A stretch of DNA of 64,000 bases from Eremomyces bilateralis CBS 781.70 (lineage: Eukaryota). Shown one piece after another: positions 62,674 to 64,000 of the stretch. The stretch's first letter is position 1, and every line of letters begins with the position of its first letter. The translations under genes were made by a program, and so were the position numbers. The stretch lies in assembly GCA_010015585.1 (NCBI GenBank), contig ML975149.1. One strand, written 5' to 3'. The notes under the pieces were generated by a model, which saw nothing but the letters and a program-made list of their open reading frames with translations, ran no database searches and was not told where the DNA came from.

Positions 62674-64000
62674 TTATGAAACTTTATTCCTGCCTTCTAC
62701 GTCCGCTTGCCGCTTTTGTTCCTCTTTCTCTCCATTCCTCTTCGCTTCTCTATCTAACTCCTTCCGTCTCCATGATCCGCCCCATGTCTTGACAATCAAT
62801 AGCGCCGGCACGCACGCGAACCAAATCACCCCAAGGACCGTGCTCGTCCACCCGATTCCCATCGCCTGGTGCATCGGCACGACCACCGCCGACGCAACAG
62901 CGCCCAAGCTGCATCGGACGAGGTTATTCGCCGCGGTGGCCGTGGCCGGCTTCTTCGGGAAGAGGTCCACCGTGAGGATATTGATGCAGTTAGCGCCAGC
63001 CGAGATGCAGTACCCCAAAATAAACAAAATCACAATCGTGGCGGCGACGTGGACTTCCTGATCAAGAACCCAGCCCAGGGCAATGACGCTGATGGAGCCC
63101 ATGCAAAACGCGGGAATAGCGACCTCCAGCCTCACGGCTTCTAAGGGGAAGTCGCGCGTGTTCTGATGGCGGTTCTTCGCGAGCGGCACGCCGAGTTGGC
63201 GGGCGTGACGGCGGTAATTCCAGTCGAGAATACGGCCGTTGGTGGCGGCACAGATGATTCCGGCGGCACCTACTGGGATATACAGTAGGGACACTTGGAT
63301 GGTGTTGAAGCCATACGCAGCGTGGGCGACGGATGGCAGGAAGCTAGCCACACCGTAGTAGCACGCCATGAGCAATCCGTTGGCAATGAGGAGGATGGAG
63401 GCTTCTTTGTTGCGGAGGACCATGAGGGTCTTCAGAGGGTTGGGGAAGCGCATCTTGCGGGCAGGCGGCTGATAGTGCTGTTGCTCGTCCTGATCATCTC
63501 CTTTCCGACGAAGCCTCCTTTGCTTCCACCAGGCATAGAGGGATACATTCAACGCCGGCGGCGGTATCGATCCGTTTCCAACGAGTTTCCGGTTGGTTTC
63601 AGGGAAGAAGAAAAGCAGCGGCACCGCAACGATGGCTGCCGTGATGAACAAGAACCAGAAAACCGAGTGCCACCCAAGATATTGTGACAGGAGGCCACCG
63701 ATGACAGGACCCAGAGTTGGTCCAACCATTGGACCAATGGTCGAATAGGCAACATAAGACCCTCGTTCTGCCGACGTGACTATGTCCGCGGCGACCGCAT
63801 ATGACAACGCGATGGTGCCGCTGCTTCCCGCGCTCTGGAGACAGCGGAGAACCAACAGTGCAGCATAGTTGTTTTGGAGCGCCAGTGCTATATTAGCTGT
63901 CATAAACACGATAAAGCAGATCATATACGCGGGTCTACGGCCCGCATCGTCAGAAAACGTGCCCACGAAGGTCGGCGCTAACCCTTGGAGGATCTGCCAT
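62674..64000 (-). CDS. MFS multidrug transporter, DHA1/Qdr-like (5' end outside the window)
   Basis: SDDAGRRP, LRCLQSAGSS, ADIVTSAERG, GPTLGPVIGG, PET, NNLVRC; multiple TM helices. Confidence 0.9.
   Translation of the reverse strand, partial: WQILQGLAPTFVGTFSDDAGRRPAYMICFIVFMTANIALALQNNYAALLVLRCLQSAGSSGTIALSYAVAADIVTSAERGSYVAYSTIGPMVGPTLGPVIGGLLSQYLGWHSVFWFLFITAAIVAVPLLFFFPETNRKLVGNGSIPPPALNVSLYAWWKQRRLRRKGDDQDEQQHYQPPARKMRFPNPLKTLMVLRNKEASILLIANGLLMACYYGVASFLPSVAHAAYGFNTIQVSLLYIPVGAAGIICAATNGRILDWNYRRHARQLGVPLAKNRHQNTRDFPLEAVRLEVAIPAFCMGSISVIALGWVLDQEVHVAATIVILFILGYCISAGANCINILTVDLFPKKPATATAANNLVRCSLGAVASAVVVPMHQAMGIGWTSTVLGVIWFACVPALLIVKTWGGSWRRKELDREAKRNGEKEEQKRQADVEGRNKVS

Overview
Eukaryotic genomic DNA from a filamentous ascomycete (Pezizomycotina, probably a Dothideomycete; short GT-AG introns with CTRAY branch sites). 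It holds about 19 intact genes: a 14-3-3-like protein, RCF1, a Rab5/Ypt52-type GTPase, SAC1, DUF899, MIC60, MPDU1, an EVE-domain protein, RPS2, a PPZ phosphatase, an HsbA-like secreted protein, a ZZ/EF-hand protein, a PLP aminotransferase, a HET-domain protein, an ADP1 ABCG transporter, MRPS8, a partial MFS-DHA1 transporter and two hypothetical proteins. There are two decayed accessory blocks (about 2.9-11.3 kb with a Fot1/pogo relic; about 23-31 kb with an assembly gap, an inverted pair of Mutator relics and an NLR locus). Two observations stand out. (1) The 14-3-3-like gene stops at TGA-CAA-TTA, a canonical readthrough context. It is followed by a long-range stem and a 101-codon in-frame extension ending in a polybasic run plus a CaaX box (KRKRRRRVLKCEIM), suggesting a readthrough-controlled prenylated isoform. 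(2) A NACHT-WD40 NLR carries only a short HET-s-like amyloid motif at its N-terminus and lies head-to-head with the stub of a HeLo-like effector; both appear inactivated. All family calls come from motif recognition by eye; no database searches were run.
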